A DNA stretch of 64,000 nt, from the NCBI GenBank assembly GCA_026394195.1, contig JAPKYS010000043.1, forward strand, positions 83,131 to 147,130. Direction: 5' to 3'. Source of the stretch: a bacterium. GTDB lineage: Bacteria; Electryoneota; B3-LCP. This document shows positions 38,889-48,360 of the stretch, in pieces; positions within the stretch are counted from its first letter, which is position 1, and the number at the start of each line of letters is the position of its first letter. The position numbers and the translations under genes are program-made. Below the pieces are notes generated by a model. It had not been told where the DNA came from. It searched no databases and saw nothing but the letters and a program-made list of their open reading frames with translations.

Positions 38889-38989
38889 GCCCCGCCGAAC
38901 CGGGCAAGGCGAACTGCTTTGCCGTCAAGCGGGGCGTAACGAAAGAGCGGTTTGATCCCAAATTTATTATTCATGGTGGCAATCAAACT

Positions 38990-40270
38990 TTGAAGGGAAT
39001 AACTTCTTACTTACTAGGTGATTTAGTCGTGCGAGAACCGGAATATGGTTCGGGCGAAAGAGCCGTACCAGTTAGAGATCCAAATGATATAAAATATATT
39101 CGTATCACTGACTTCAATGACGACGGAATTGTACCTGCCAACGAATTTGCCACTGCTGAGAATATCGAAGACCGATTTCTGCTGGCTGATGGTGATATTC
39201 TATTTGCAAGGAGCGGAGCAACAGCGGGCAAGACATTTATCTTTTCGTCAGAAATAGGGAAATCAATATTTGCGGGCTACTGTATTCGATTCAGGTTCGA
39301 TATCAAAAAGGTCATTCCTAAGTTCGTTTACTATTATACGAAATCAAATCGTTATCGGGCATGGGTTCGATCGATTCAACGTCCTTCCGGTCAACCGAAC
39401 ATCAATAAGGAGGAGTTTAAATCATTTACTATTCCCCTTCCTCCCACGTCCGTTCAGCTTAAGCTTGTTCGAGAGATGGAGCAAGAGCAAGAATCAAGGC
39501 GTCGCAATTTGGAACAGGCTGAAGTTCTACTTGATGGATTAGATGCATTTCTTCTTGATTGTATTGGGCTAGCTATACCTATGCTAGATAATCGCTTGGC
39601 TTATGCTTTGAAGCAATCAGTGCTTCATAGGTCGAAACAGATCGGGGCGGATTATTTTCATCCAGAACGAATTAATGCAATTAGGGCTATCCAGACAGCG
39701 AAAAAAGTAAAGCACGCCGTGCGACTGGAAGATATCGCCTGTTTCTTGCGTGATTATACAACCGAATATAAACCGGAGCAATACCTAGGACTAGCAGGGG
39801 TTCAAAGCCATACTGGTGAACTAACCGAAACAACAGAAGAACCAGGCTCAGGGCAAGCTTCGATCTTCGAGGAAAACGATGTATTGTTCGCTCGCTTGCG
39901 CCCCTACTTGAATAAGGTTTGGCGAGCAGAACAGGACGGCGTATGCTCGACAGAATTTCACGTTATCCGTATTAGGAATGATGTGAATTACCTGCTGCCT
40001 GATTATCTCGCGGCTGTCCTGCGTTCGTCTGTCGTTGTTGCTCAGACCAAACATATGATGACTGGCAACACCCACCCACGACTCGCCAACGAGGATGTTG
40101 TGGACTTGCTCATTCCTATACCCAGCATTAATATGCAGCATGAGGTCGTGGAAGAATTACAAAACCGTCGCATGCAGGCCCGCCGCCTGCGCGAAGAAGC
40201 GGCTAAAGAGTGGAAGGCGGCTAAGGCTCGTTTTGAGGAAAAGTTGTTAGGCGAGGAGAAAATAAAATGA
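38990..40270 (+). CDS. Restriction-modification specificity (S) subunit with two target-recognition domains
   Basis: Duplicated TRD architecture with a central conserved region and a C-terminal coiled region (EELQNRRMQARRLREEAAKEW). TTG start. The reading frame is open for about 45 more codons upstream with no canonical start codon. Confidence 0.72.
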   Translation: MKGITSYLLGDLVVREPEYGSGERAVPVRDPNDIKYIRITDFNDDGIVPANEFATAENIEDRFLLADGDILFARSGATAGKTFIFSSEIGKSIFAGYCIRFRFDIKKVIPKFVYYYTKSNRYRAWVRSIQRPSGQPNINKEEFKSFTIPLPPTSVQLKLVREMEQEQESRRRNLEQAEVLLDGLDAFLLDCIGLAIPMLDNRLAYALKQSVLHRSKQIGADYFHPERINAIRAIQTAKKVKHAVRLEDIACFLRDYTTEYKPEQYLGLAGVQSHTGELTETTEEPGSGQASIFEENDVLFARLRPYLNKVWRAEQDGVCSTEFHVIRIRNDVNYLLPDYLAAVLRSSVVVAQTKHMMTGNTHPRLANEDVVDLLIPIPSINMQHEVVEELQNRRMQARRLREEAAKEWKAAKARFEEKLLGEEKIK

Positions 40271-40938
40271 ATCAATCACTAATCTATCTGATGGATGAAA
40301 TTTGCGCAGGTGTAGAAATCTACTTTACGGGTCGCTTAGGGAGTCAGTATTTAAAAACTGCCTTTCTTCTATGTGATGATTATTCAGAGCTTATCTCAAA
40401 ACTTTTCCTACTTATCGACAATCCGAAATGGACCGAGATGAAAGCCAATTCTAATTTTAAAAGTTACCCAGATATAATGGCTGAGGTAGAAACAACTACT
40501 TCAAAAAATAATCCTAATAAATTGGAAAAAGTAAGAGAATTGATTAGCGCAATGAAAAAACGTAGAAAGCGCCGTAATGACTTTTTTCATTCTACGAGTC
40601 TACTTGATTTGAGCGTAACGAATAGAAATTGTGTCGAAGCCTTTTGTGATCTTCTAGAATATGGGGATATTTTGTTTGGGGTAAATTGGCGCACGACGTT
40701 AGAAGGTTCTAGAAATCTATCGACCTTTGATGTATTGCTCCGGTTAGAAAGGCATTCATTTTCTGATCCATCAATCACTCAAAAAATGAATCGTGTTCTG
40801 CAGAATTGGCCTAGAAATATTAAAAATGCGAAGCGGGCAGGTGTCCATTTGGCAGAATATCCAGAAGACCTTCATCTAAGACTGTGTGTAACCTGGGGAG
40901 GAAACGAACTTAGAGATAAATTAAAAACTTTACTCTGA
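40267..40938 (+). CDS. Small low-GC protein with a HEPN-like R-x4-H motif (RRNDFFHS), translationally coupled to the S gene
   Basis: ATGA overlap with the S-gene stop. GC is far below the neighbouring genes. No family assigned. Confidence 0.45.
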   Translation: MNQSLIYLMDEICAGVEIYFTGRLGSQYLKTAFLLCDDYSELISKLFLLIDNPKWTEMKANSNFKSYPDIMAEVETTTSKNNPNKLEKVRELISAMKKRRKRRNDFFHSTSLLDLSVTNRNCVEAFCDLLEYGDILFGVNWRTTLEGSRNLSTFDVLLRLERHSFSDPSITQKMNRVLQNWPRNIKNAKRAGVHLAEYPEDLHLRLCVTWGGNELRDKLKTLL

Positions 40939-41024
40939 CCAAATCCCCGAGCCAACCCACCCCTCTACTGTAGATTCACCCGTCGGGGTCAGGGGCGACC
41001 CCGACTATGTTTATCGCTCTCAAA

Positions 41025-41065
41025 GTGGAGAATGGAGAATGAAGAGTGACGAATGACGAATTGAA
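41025..41065. repeat. Tandem heptamer array (GAGAATG x2, AAGAGTG, ACGAATG, ACGAATT)
   Basis: Direct reading. Confidence 0.85.
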
Positions 41066-41094
41066 GAAAAAAAACGACCCTTACGCGGTTTTTT

Positions 41095-41150
41095 CATCAG
41101 CGTAATCAGTGTCATCAGCGGTTTCAGCGGTTCAGACTATTTTCTGGATT
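41095..41150. repeat. Dispersed intergenic repeat (GCGTAATCAG ... TTCAGACWATTTTC), with a second copy at 45728-45770
   Basis: Shared blocks read in both locations. Confidence 0.55.
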
Positions 41151-41313
41151 CCGGCCCGTTCCTCATCTATCCCCCCGTCCTGCGGACACCCCCCTTTTTA
41201 AGGGGGGCTTCGAACTCTCTCGCGCCAGCGTATCTCTTACCCCCTTTAATAAGGGGGGGCAGGGGGGGATCAATTCGTCCTCCCCCTAAAACCCCGCAAA
41301 TGTGATCCACGTC

Positions 41314-41342
41314 TTGTTTTTTCGGAAATTATTCCGTATATT
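41314..41342 (+). promoter_or_regulatory. Sigma70-like promoter TTGTTT-N17-TATATT
   Basis: Read directly. Confidence 0.4.
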
Positions 41343-41379
41343 ATGGGAATCACTCAAACCCGATCAAACCGAGGAGCTC

Positions 41380-43446
41380 ATGAACCTGCACCAATGCTTT
41401 ATCTGCGTCATACTCGCGCTGTTGTCGCTGGCGATTGTCGCCGGCAGTGTGCCTCTTGCCCCTGAAACCGAAGCCCGGCTGAGGGCTTCCGGTCAGTGGG
41501 ACCAGATCAAGGACGCCGTCCGCCAGGCGCGCTCCCTTGGAGTCGACGCTCCCACCACCCGCCCCATCAACGTGCGCCAATTTGTCAACACGGATATCGA
41601 TCTGCACGTCCTGACCATTCTGGTCGATTTTTCCGACAAACCCGCCAACTACAGCTTGTATCCCACGTCGCACTACGAGGAGATGCTCTATTCGCAGGGG
41701 GTCTGGTCGACCGGCAGTATGCGGGATTACTACCGGGAAAATTCCTACAACCAGATCGACATCGTCGGGGAAGCCGCCGGATGGTATCGCATGCCGCAGC
41801 CCTATTCCTATTACGTCGGCACGAATTACGGCATGGGGAGTTATCCCAACAATTCGCAGAAATTGACCGAAGACGCCGTGGCGGCCGCCGATCCCTTCGT
41901 CGACTTCTCACAATATGACGACGATCAGGACGGCTATGTGGACGGGCTCTTCATCGTGCACGCCGGAGTTGGCGCTGAACAGAGCGGCAGTCACAACGAC
42001 ATCTGGTCGCACGCCTGGGTGACTCACGCACCCATCTACGTGGATGGCGTGACGGTGCACAACTATTCCACCGAACCCGAAAACGGCAACATCGGCGTGT
42101 TTTCCCACGAACTGGGTCACGCTCTTTTCGGACTCCCCGATCTGTACGATTACGACTACGATTCGAACGGCACAGGTAATTGGTCTCTGATGTCCGGAGG
42201 CAGCTGGGGTGGCGGTGGAACCCGCCCGGTGCATCTGGATGCGTATTCCAAGACATTGTGCGGTCTGGCAACCGGGACTAACGTCACGGCGAACCTGACC
42301 CACGTCGCCTTCCCGCAGGTCGAAACCAATAACGTGGTCTATCGGCTCTGGTCCGATGGAGCTTACGGACCCCAGTATTTCCTGGTGGAAAACCGCCAGC
42401 GGGTCGGGTTCGATTTATCCCTGCCAGCATCGGGTCTGCTGATCTATCACATCGAAGAAGAGGATGGCAGCAACAACCATCAGTGGTATCCCGGTTACAC
42501 CAGCAACGGGCATTACCTGGTGGCGGTCGAACAGGCGGATGGTCTCTGGCAGTTGGAACATAACACCAACGGCGGCGATGGCGGCGATCCCTGGCCCGGG
42601 ACCACTAACAAGCACGAATTTGACGTCAGCAGCACGCCAGACACCAAAAATTACGCCTTCCAACCGACCATGGTGGCGATCGGCAATATATCGAATTCGG
42701 CTGATACCATGTACGCCGATCTTTCGGTGACCATTTACGTGCCTAACGTCAATATCACCACCTCGCCGGTGGCTCCTCCGGTGGTCATCCCGGTTAACGG
42801 TGGGAGTTTCCAATATAACGCCCAGCTCAGCAATCCGGGGACGATTCCGGAATCGGTCCAGGTCTGGAATCGCCTGCGGACGGGAAATACCTTCTTCCAG
42901 ATCTTCGGTCCGAGACCGCTGACCGTCCCGGGCGGAGCCAACCTGAACCGCACCGTGACGCAGTACGTTTCCGGTAATATTCCGGCTGGGTCCTACAGCT
43001 TCGTATCGTATGTGGGGACTTACCCCGGCATCATCTCCGACAGCAGTTTCTTCAACGTCACCAAGAATGCGCTCGCGGACGGCGGTCCCTGGATCGGCGC
43101 ATCCTACGCCGAGGGTGATTTGTTCGATGAATATCCGACGTCAGACGTAAGGGCACAGCATGCTGCGCCCCTACAACCGGCGCAATTTGCCCTGCAGGGC
43201 GCGTTTCCGAATCCCTTCAATCCGACAACGGCTATCCGCTTCGATTTACCGGACGTCAGCCCGGTAACGCTGACGGTTTACGACATTAATGGGCGTATCG
43301 TCAGGGCGATGCATGCATCGCCCCTACAATCGGGATCGCAGGAGATAACGTTCGACGGATCGAATCTGGCTTCGGGGATTTACCTGTACCGGCTGGAAGC
43401 GGGCAGCTATACGGCGGCGGGCGGGAAGATGGTGCTTTTAAAATAG
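41380..43446 (+). CDS. M6-family (immune inhibitor A-like) zinc metalloprotease with a T9SS C-terminal sorting domain
   Basis: HExxH in FSHELGHALFGLPDLYD. C-terminus ends ...GIYLYRLEAGSYTAAGGKMVLLK. The ATG at 41380 is preceded by GAGGAG and followed by a signal peptide. Confidence 0.8.
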   Translation: MNLHQCFICVILALLSLAIVAGSVPLAPETEARLRASGQWDQIKDAVRQARSLGVDAPTTRPINVRQFVNTDIDLHVLTILVDFSDKPANYSLYPTSHYEEMLYSQGVWSTGSMRDYYRENSYNQIDIVGEAAGWYRMPQPYSYYVGTNYGMGSYPNNSQKLTEDAVAAADPFVDFSQYDDDQDGYVDGLFIVHAGVGAEQSGSHNDIWSHAWVTHAPIYVDGVTVHNYSTEPENGNIGVFSHELGHALFGLPDLYDYDYDSNGTGNWSLMSGGSWGGGGTRPVHLDAYSKTLCGLATGTNVTANLTHVAFPQVETNNVVYRLWSDGAYGPQYFLVENRQRVGFDLSLPASGLLIYHIEEEDGSNNHQWYPGYTSNGHYLVAVEQADGLWQLEHNTNGGDGGDPWPGTTNKHEFDVSSTPDTKNYAFQPTMVAIGNISNSADTMYADLSVTIYVPNVNITTSPVAPPVVIPVNGGSFQYNAQLSNPGTIPESVQVWNRLRTGNTFFQIFGPRPLTVPGGANLNRTVTQYVSGNIPAGSYSFVSYVGTYPGIISDSSFFNVTKNALADGGPWIGASYAEGDLFDEYPTSDVRAQHAAPLQPAQFALQGAFPNPFNPTTAIRFDLPDVSPVTLTVYDINGRIVRAMHASPLQSGSQEITFDGSNLASGIYLYRLEAGSYTAAGGKMVLLK

Positions 43447-43547
43447 TCACGGGGCACGAGATGCGAGTCACGAGATAAAACAACAAAAGGGCGGCCCGGC
43501 GGGTCGCCCTTTTTTGATGAAAATCTTTCCCCAGCCGAATTATTTAC

Positions 43548-43576
43548 TTGACTTTTGGGAAATAGTTGTGTATATT
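43548..43576 (+). promoter_or_regulatory. Sigma70 consensus promoter TTGACT-N17-TATATT
   Basis: Read directly. Confidence 0.55.
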
Positions 43577-43667
43577 ATTAAAGTAAGGTCGGTGTCCCCC
43601 CCAACCTTATTACACCGACTTACGCAACCCTATCGAAGTTAATCATCCATTCTTCAAGGAGACTGCC

Positions 43668-45629
43668 ATGCGCAGTTCACCTTTCTTTATTCTTGCGGTT
43701 CTGCTTCTGACCGCCACCACTGCCTTCGCTCAGAACCTAACTGTCGAAGTCACACCGCAAATCAACACCGTTGAGATCCCACCTGAAGGCGGATCGTTCA
43801 GCTTTTATGTTACGGTCGCCAACCACGAACCATTACCCCAGCAAGTCACCGCATGGTGCCTCCTTACCACCCCGATGGGAGACCAACGAAACATCCTCCT
43901 TCCCGTGACATTTGACCTTGCGGCCGTGCAAATCCAAGAGCGATACTATACACGATTCGTTCCAGCAGCTTCGCCTGTTGGAAATTATGTATTGACGGCG
44001 AACATCGGCATCTACCCCAATACCATTTGGGATAGCGATCAATGTACCATTAGTAAGCTGAACCCGCCGGTGTGGGTAGCGCGCTATAGTAGCCCCGGGA
44101 ATTTTGGAGATGGAGCTAATTCCATCGCATTGGACAGCAGCGGCAATGTCTATGTGACGGGTCATTACCAAGGGGGTGGGACTGATTACGACTATGCCAC
44201 CATCAAGTACAACTATGCCGGGCAGCAACAGTGGGTAGTGCGCTACAACGGACCGGATAACGGCTGGGATTACCCTACCAGCCTGGCGGTGGACGGCAGC
44301 GGCAACGTCTACGTAACGGGTGGAAGTGATGGAAGCTGGACTTATGCCGACTACGCCACCATCAAGTACAATTCCACCGGAGTTCAGGAGTGGGTGGCGC
44401 GCTACAACGGGCCGGGAAATAGCTCTGATGGGGCTACCAGCCTGGCGGTGGACGGCAGCGGCAACGTCTACGTGACAGGTGAAAGCTGGGGAAACGGGAC
44501 CGCTGCCGATTACGCCACTGTCAAATACAACTCCGCCGGGCAGCAGCAGTGGGTGGCGCGCTACGATGGTACTGGAAATGATGATGATTGCGCTAATTCC
44601 ATCGGATTAGACGGCTTTGGCAACGTCTGCGTTACGGGCAGCAGTCATGGTAGTGGGTCTGGCAGGAACTACGTCACCATTAAATACAACGCCAACGGCA
44701 ATATGCTCTGGGTGGATCGTTATATTGGATCGTGGGATGATGAAGCTAAATCTCTCACAGTGGAAAGTGGTGGTAACGTCTACGTGACCGGTAAAAGCGA
44801 TGGAGACTATGGAACTATCAAATACGACGCTAACGGTAATCGGCTTTGGATGGCTCGCTACAATGGACCGGCGAACATAAACGATGAAGCAAATTCCATC
44901 GCTCTGGACAGTTTCGGTAACGTCTACGTGACGGGCCACAGTTATAGTAGTTGGACTGGTGGGGACTACGCCACGATTAAATATGACGTCGATGGCAATC
45001 AACTCTGGGTCGCGCGCTACAATGGATCTGGAAATTATGAAGATGCAGCTAGATCTCTCACAGTAGACTCCTACGGTAATGTCTATGTGACAGGCTATAG
45101 CCAGGGAATTTGGAATAATATGGACTATACCACTATCAAATACGATTCTAACGGCAATCAGCTTTGGGTGGCGCGCTACAATGGGCCGGGGAATAATTTT
45201 GACGCGGCTTCTTCACTCGCTTTGGATACTTTTGGCAACGTTTATGTGACGGGCAGGAGCGTAGGAAGCAGGACTGATAAAGACTTTTGCACCATCAAAT
45301 ATTCCGCTACTGATCTGCCCAACTGGCAGCAGCCAGTGGCTACGGTTTTCGGCGCGCCGCTGCCAGCGGAATACCGTTTGGAGCAGAACTACCCCAATCC
45401 CTTCAACCCCACCACTACCATCAGTTATCAGCTTCCATCCAGAAGCCAGGTGAAGTTGGAGGTGTTCGACGTTTCCGGGCGGTTGGTTACCACTTTAATC
45501 AACGGCTGGAGGGAGGCGGGGTCGCATGAGGTGACCTTCGACGGGTCGGGGTTAGCGGCGGGGGTGTATGTTTACCGACTGCAGGTGGGGGAGTATACCG
45601 GGGTGCAGAAAATGGTGCTTTTAAAATAG
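43668..45629 (+). CDS. SBBP beta-propeller repeat protein with a T9SS C-terminal sorting domain
   Basis: About 10 repeats of GNVYVTG.S...DYATIKYN..G...WVARYNGPGN. C-terminus ends ...GVYVYRLQVGEYTGVQKMVLLK. Confidence 0.8.
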   Translation: MRSSPFFILAVLLLTATTAFAQNLTVEVTPQINTVEIPPEGGSFSFYVTVANHEPLPQQVTAWCLLTTPMGDQRNILLPVTFDLAAVQIQERYYTRFVPAASPVGNYVLTANIGIYPNTIWDSDQCTISKLNPPVWVARYSSPGNFGDGANSIALDSSGNVYVTGHYQGGGTDYDYATIKYNYAGQQQWVVRYNGPDNGWDYPTSLAVDGSGNVYVTGGSDGSWTYADYATIKYNSTGVQEWVARYNGPGNSSDGATSLAVDGSGNVYVTGESWGNGTAADYATVKYNSAGQQQWVARYDGTGNDDDCANSIGLDGFGNVCVTGSSHGSGSGRNYVTIKYNANGNMLWVDRYIGSWDDEAKSLTVESGGNVYVTGKSDGDYGTIKYDANGNRLWMARYNGPANINDEANSIALDSFGNVYVTGHSYSSWTGGDYATIKYDVDGNQLWVARYNGSGNYEDAARSLTVDSYGNVYVTGYSQGIWNNMDYTTIKYDSNGNQLWVARYNGPGNNFDAASSLALDTFGNVYVTGRSVGSRTDKDFCTIKYSATDLPNWQQPVATVFGAPLPAEYRLEQNYPNPFNPTTTISYQLPSRSQVKLEVFDVSGRLVTTLINGWREAGSHEVTFDGSGLAAGVYVYRLQVGEYTGVQKMVLLK

Positions 45630-45724
45630 CCGCTGGTTGCTTGTTGTTGGTGGCTGGTAGGGGCGTTTAATTAAACGCCCTGTCGAGGAACACAAAGGTG
45701 AGGGCGATCCACCTGAGGCGGGTC

Positions 45725-45835
45725 GCCCTTTTTTTATCGGCGTAATCAGGGAAATCTGTGATTCAGACAATTTTCCCAGCGTCAGGGTTTCTATATCCCG
45801 GCTGTCGACTGCGGAGAGTCGACAGCACAGCAACG
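45725..45835. repeat. Dispersed repeat copy, comprising the GCGTAATCAG...TTCAGACAATTTTC block and the perfect palindrome GCTGTCGACTGCGGAGAGTCGACAGC
   Basis: Matches motifs at 41095-41150 and 36700-36770. Confidence 0.55.
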
Positions 45836-45920
45836 GACATGCTTCGTACGACTACGTCGTCCAGAAGCATGCCACCCACGGCCTTTTCCTGATGGCTGAA
45901 TGCTGATTGCTGACTGCTTC

Positions 45921-48281
45921 TCACTCCAGCTCCACAATGGTCACGCCGAAATCGCCTTCTTCTGGCCTGCCGTAGCGGAAGGATTTGATACCGAGGCTTC
46001 GTTCCAACAACTCCCGCACTCGGGTACGTAACGCACCGGTCCCCTTGCCGTGAATGATGCGCACCGATTTCCAGCCCGCTAACGACGCCTCACTGAGGTA
46101 CTTTTCGACGGTGAACTCGGCTTCGTCGCCGGTCATGCCGCGCAGGTCGATTTCGTAACCCGGCCGTGTCGAATCGCTTTCCGCCAGATTCAGGTTGACG
46201 CTCGCTTTGATTTTATCTTCGGCAGGAATATCCACCTTCGTCAACCGATCCACGTCCATCCAGATGTGGATCCCCCCCATTTCCAGCTTGGCTTCCTGAC
46301 CATCCCTACGCAGCGCCATTACCCGCACCGTCCCCTTCAGATCTTCGACCTTGACCCGGTCACCCGCCTGCAAGCCGGGTTCAGGCGGCGGAGTTTCCTC
46401 TTCCTTCGGGGCGCTTAGTATCTGTTCAACCTTCTGCTTCTGGTATTTAATCACGGTATGCGCCTGTTTGATCGCTTCCTTTGAAGCCTGTGTCTCGCGG
46501 ATGGATTTGACGGCGGCTTCGATGCTGCGATTGGCGTCGGCTAAAAGCTCCTTCGCCTTGACGGCGGCTTCGTGCAGGCGCTGCTTTTCGGTGTCTTTGA
46601 TCTCTCTGATACGGTCGGCGTAGAGTTTCCTCAACGCTTCCTGTTCGGTGCGCTTGATTTCAGCCTGGCGGCGAGTCTCTTCGGATATCCGGAGCGATTC
46701 ATTCAGCCGGGTCAGCAGATCTTCGAGACGGCTGGTCTGTTCCCCCAGGAAGCGCTGAGCGACCCGCAGAACCTCTGCGGGGAAACCCACCCGGGCGCCG
46801 ATCTGCAGGGCATAAGAACTTCCCGGTATTCCCGAATGGAAGCGAAATGTCGGCTGCAAGGTTTCGCCATCGAATTCCATGCTGCCGTTGAAGATACCTT
46901 CGGCTTCATGAGCGAAGGCTTTCAAGATCCCCTGGTGGGTGGTGGCGACCGTCAGAGCTCCCTGGGCTTGCAGTTCCAGCAGAGCGGCTCTGGCTATGGC
47001 GGTCCCTTCAGCCGGATCGGTGCCGGAACCGACTTCGTCCAGCAGCACTAACTTGGGTTGGCGTGGGTCCTGCAGCGCCGCTTTCAGGCGTATCAGGTGC
47101 GACGTGAAAGTCGAAAGATCCTGTTCCAGCGATTGCGGATCGCCGATGTCGCAGTGCAGGGCCGCCAGCACGGGAATCTGCGTGCCTTCGCCGGCGGGAA
47201 CCAGCAGACCGCAGGCGGCCATCAGGCAGAGCATCCCGACGGTCTTCAGTGTAACCGTCTTGCCTCCGGCGTTGGGACCGGTGATGATTAAGACCTCGCC
47301 GTCTGCTCCGCCCAAAGTTAAATTCAGCGGCACCACGCTTTTGCCCAGCTTTAGACCCAGCAGAGGGTGCCGGGCATTGACCAGCTTGATAAAAGGCGCT
47401 TCGGTCATTTCCGGAGGCACACAGTCCAAGCGGATCGCCAGGCGCGCTCGGGCGTAAATGCTGTCCAGTTCGGAAAGAATCGCCAACGAAGCATATATTT
47501 CCGGCAGCCGGGAACGGAATTTATCGCAGAGCTCCAACAGAATCCTGAAGATTTCCCGCCTCTCTTCGTTGTCCAGCCTGCGCATAACGTTGCTGACGGC
47601 AATGGCTTCCAGCGGTTCGACGAAAACAGTAGCTCCGGAAGCGGATTCGTCCTGGATGGCTCCGGAAACCCGCCCTCGATGTTCAGCCTTTACCGGAATC
47701 AACAGCTTGCCGTCGCGATATGCCAGAGCTTCATCCTGAGCGTAATTCAAGCGCTTCCATTCCCTTAGTACCTGCTCCAGGATCTTGTGCAAGTTGCGCG
47801 CTTCGGATTCTTTCTGCCGGCGAATTCGCTTCAATTCCGGGCTGGCGTCATCGCGTACGTCTCCGGCAGGATCGAAGATTTTATCCACCAGAGCGGTCAA
47901 TTCCCCGAAATCGCCCAATTGCTTTGCCAGGCTGACCAGTCCGGGATAGTCTTCCTTCTGTTCAGCGAAAAATGCAGCCAACTTCCCCGAAGCCGCGACC
48001 AGGTCTCTTAAAGGGGGGTATTCGTGACGATCCAAAACCGACCCGGCGGGCGATAGTTTCTTCAAGGTGGCAGATACGTCACTGAGTCCCTGTATCGGCA
48101 GCGATTTACGCCCTAACAGGCGCGCCATTTCATCGACCAGCGCCAATTCCCGGCGGATGGCGGTAATGTCTGCCAGCGGTTCCAATTCCAGAATGCGCCG
48201 CCGGCCCAGTTCGGAAGAAGCTTCTCCCGCACAGGTTTCCAGCAGTTTATCCAATTCCAGCAGTTCAAATGAGGCTTGCAT
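45921..48281 (-). CDS. mutS2: Endonuclease MutS2 (MutS domain III/ATPase plus a C-terminal Smr domain)
   Basis: Walker A GPNAGGKTV, the MutS signature and a C-terminal Smr domain (IDLRGMTGDEA...IIHGKGTGALR). Confidence 0.9.
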   Translation of the reverse strand: MQASFELLELDKLLETCAGEASSELGRRRILELEPLADITAIRRELALVDEMARLLGRKSLPIQGLSDVSATLKKLSPAGSVLDRHEYPPLRDLVAASGKLAAFFAEQKEDYPGLVSLAKQLGDFGELTALVDKIFDPAGDVRDDASPELKRIRRQKESEARNLHKILEQVLREWKRLNYAQDEALAYRDGKLLIPVKAEHRGRVSGAIQDESASGATVFVEPLEAIAVSNVMRRLDNEERREIFRILLELCDKFRSRLPEIYASLAILSELDSIYARARLAIRLDCVPPEMTEAPFIKLVNARHPLLGLKLGKSVVPLNLTLGGADGEVLIITGPNAGGKTVTLKTVGMLCLMAACGLLVPAGEGTQIPVLAALHCDIGDPQSLEQDLSTFTSHLIRLKAALQDPRQPKLVLLDEVGSGTDPAEGTAIARAALLELQAQGALTVATTHQGILKAFAHEAEGIFNGSMEFDGETLQPTFRFHSGIPGSSYALQIGARVGFPAEVLRVAQRFLGEQTSRLEDLLTRLNESLRISEETRRQAEIKRTEQEALRKLYADRIREIKDTEKQRLHEAAVKAKELLADANRSIEAAVKSIRETQASKEAIKQAHTVIKYQKQKVEQILSAPKEEETPPPEPGLQAGDRVKVEDLKGTVRVMALRRDGQEAKLEMGGIHIWMDVDRLTKVDIPAEDKIKASVNLNLAESDSTRPGYEIDLRGMTGDEAEFTVEKYLSEASLAGWKSVRIIHGKGTGALRTRVRELLERSLGIKSFRYGRPEEGDFGVTIVELE

Positions 48282-48360
48282 GGGTCATCATGTGTTACTG
48301 GTATACTGAGATGATAAATCCGCCGTGCGGCGGATTGTAATAAATCTGGAGTGATGATCG

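Noticed and set aside
41496-42303. Multiple 100-140-aa ORFs on both strands inside the M6 protease gene, and similar ones inside gyrB, pckA and mutS2
   Set aside because: These are typical high-GC alternative-frame ORFs (Arg/Pro/Gly-rich, with no RBS) nested inside well-supported genes.
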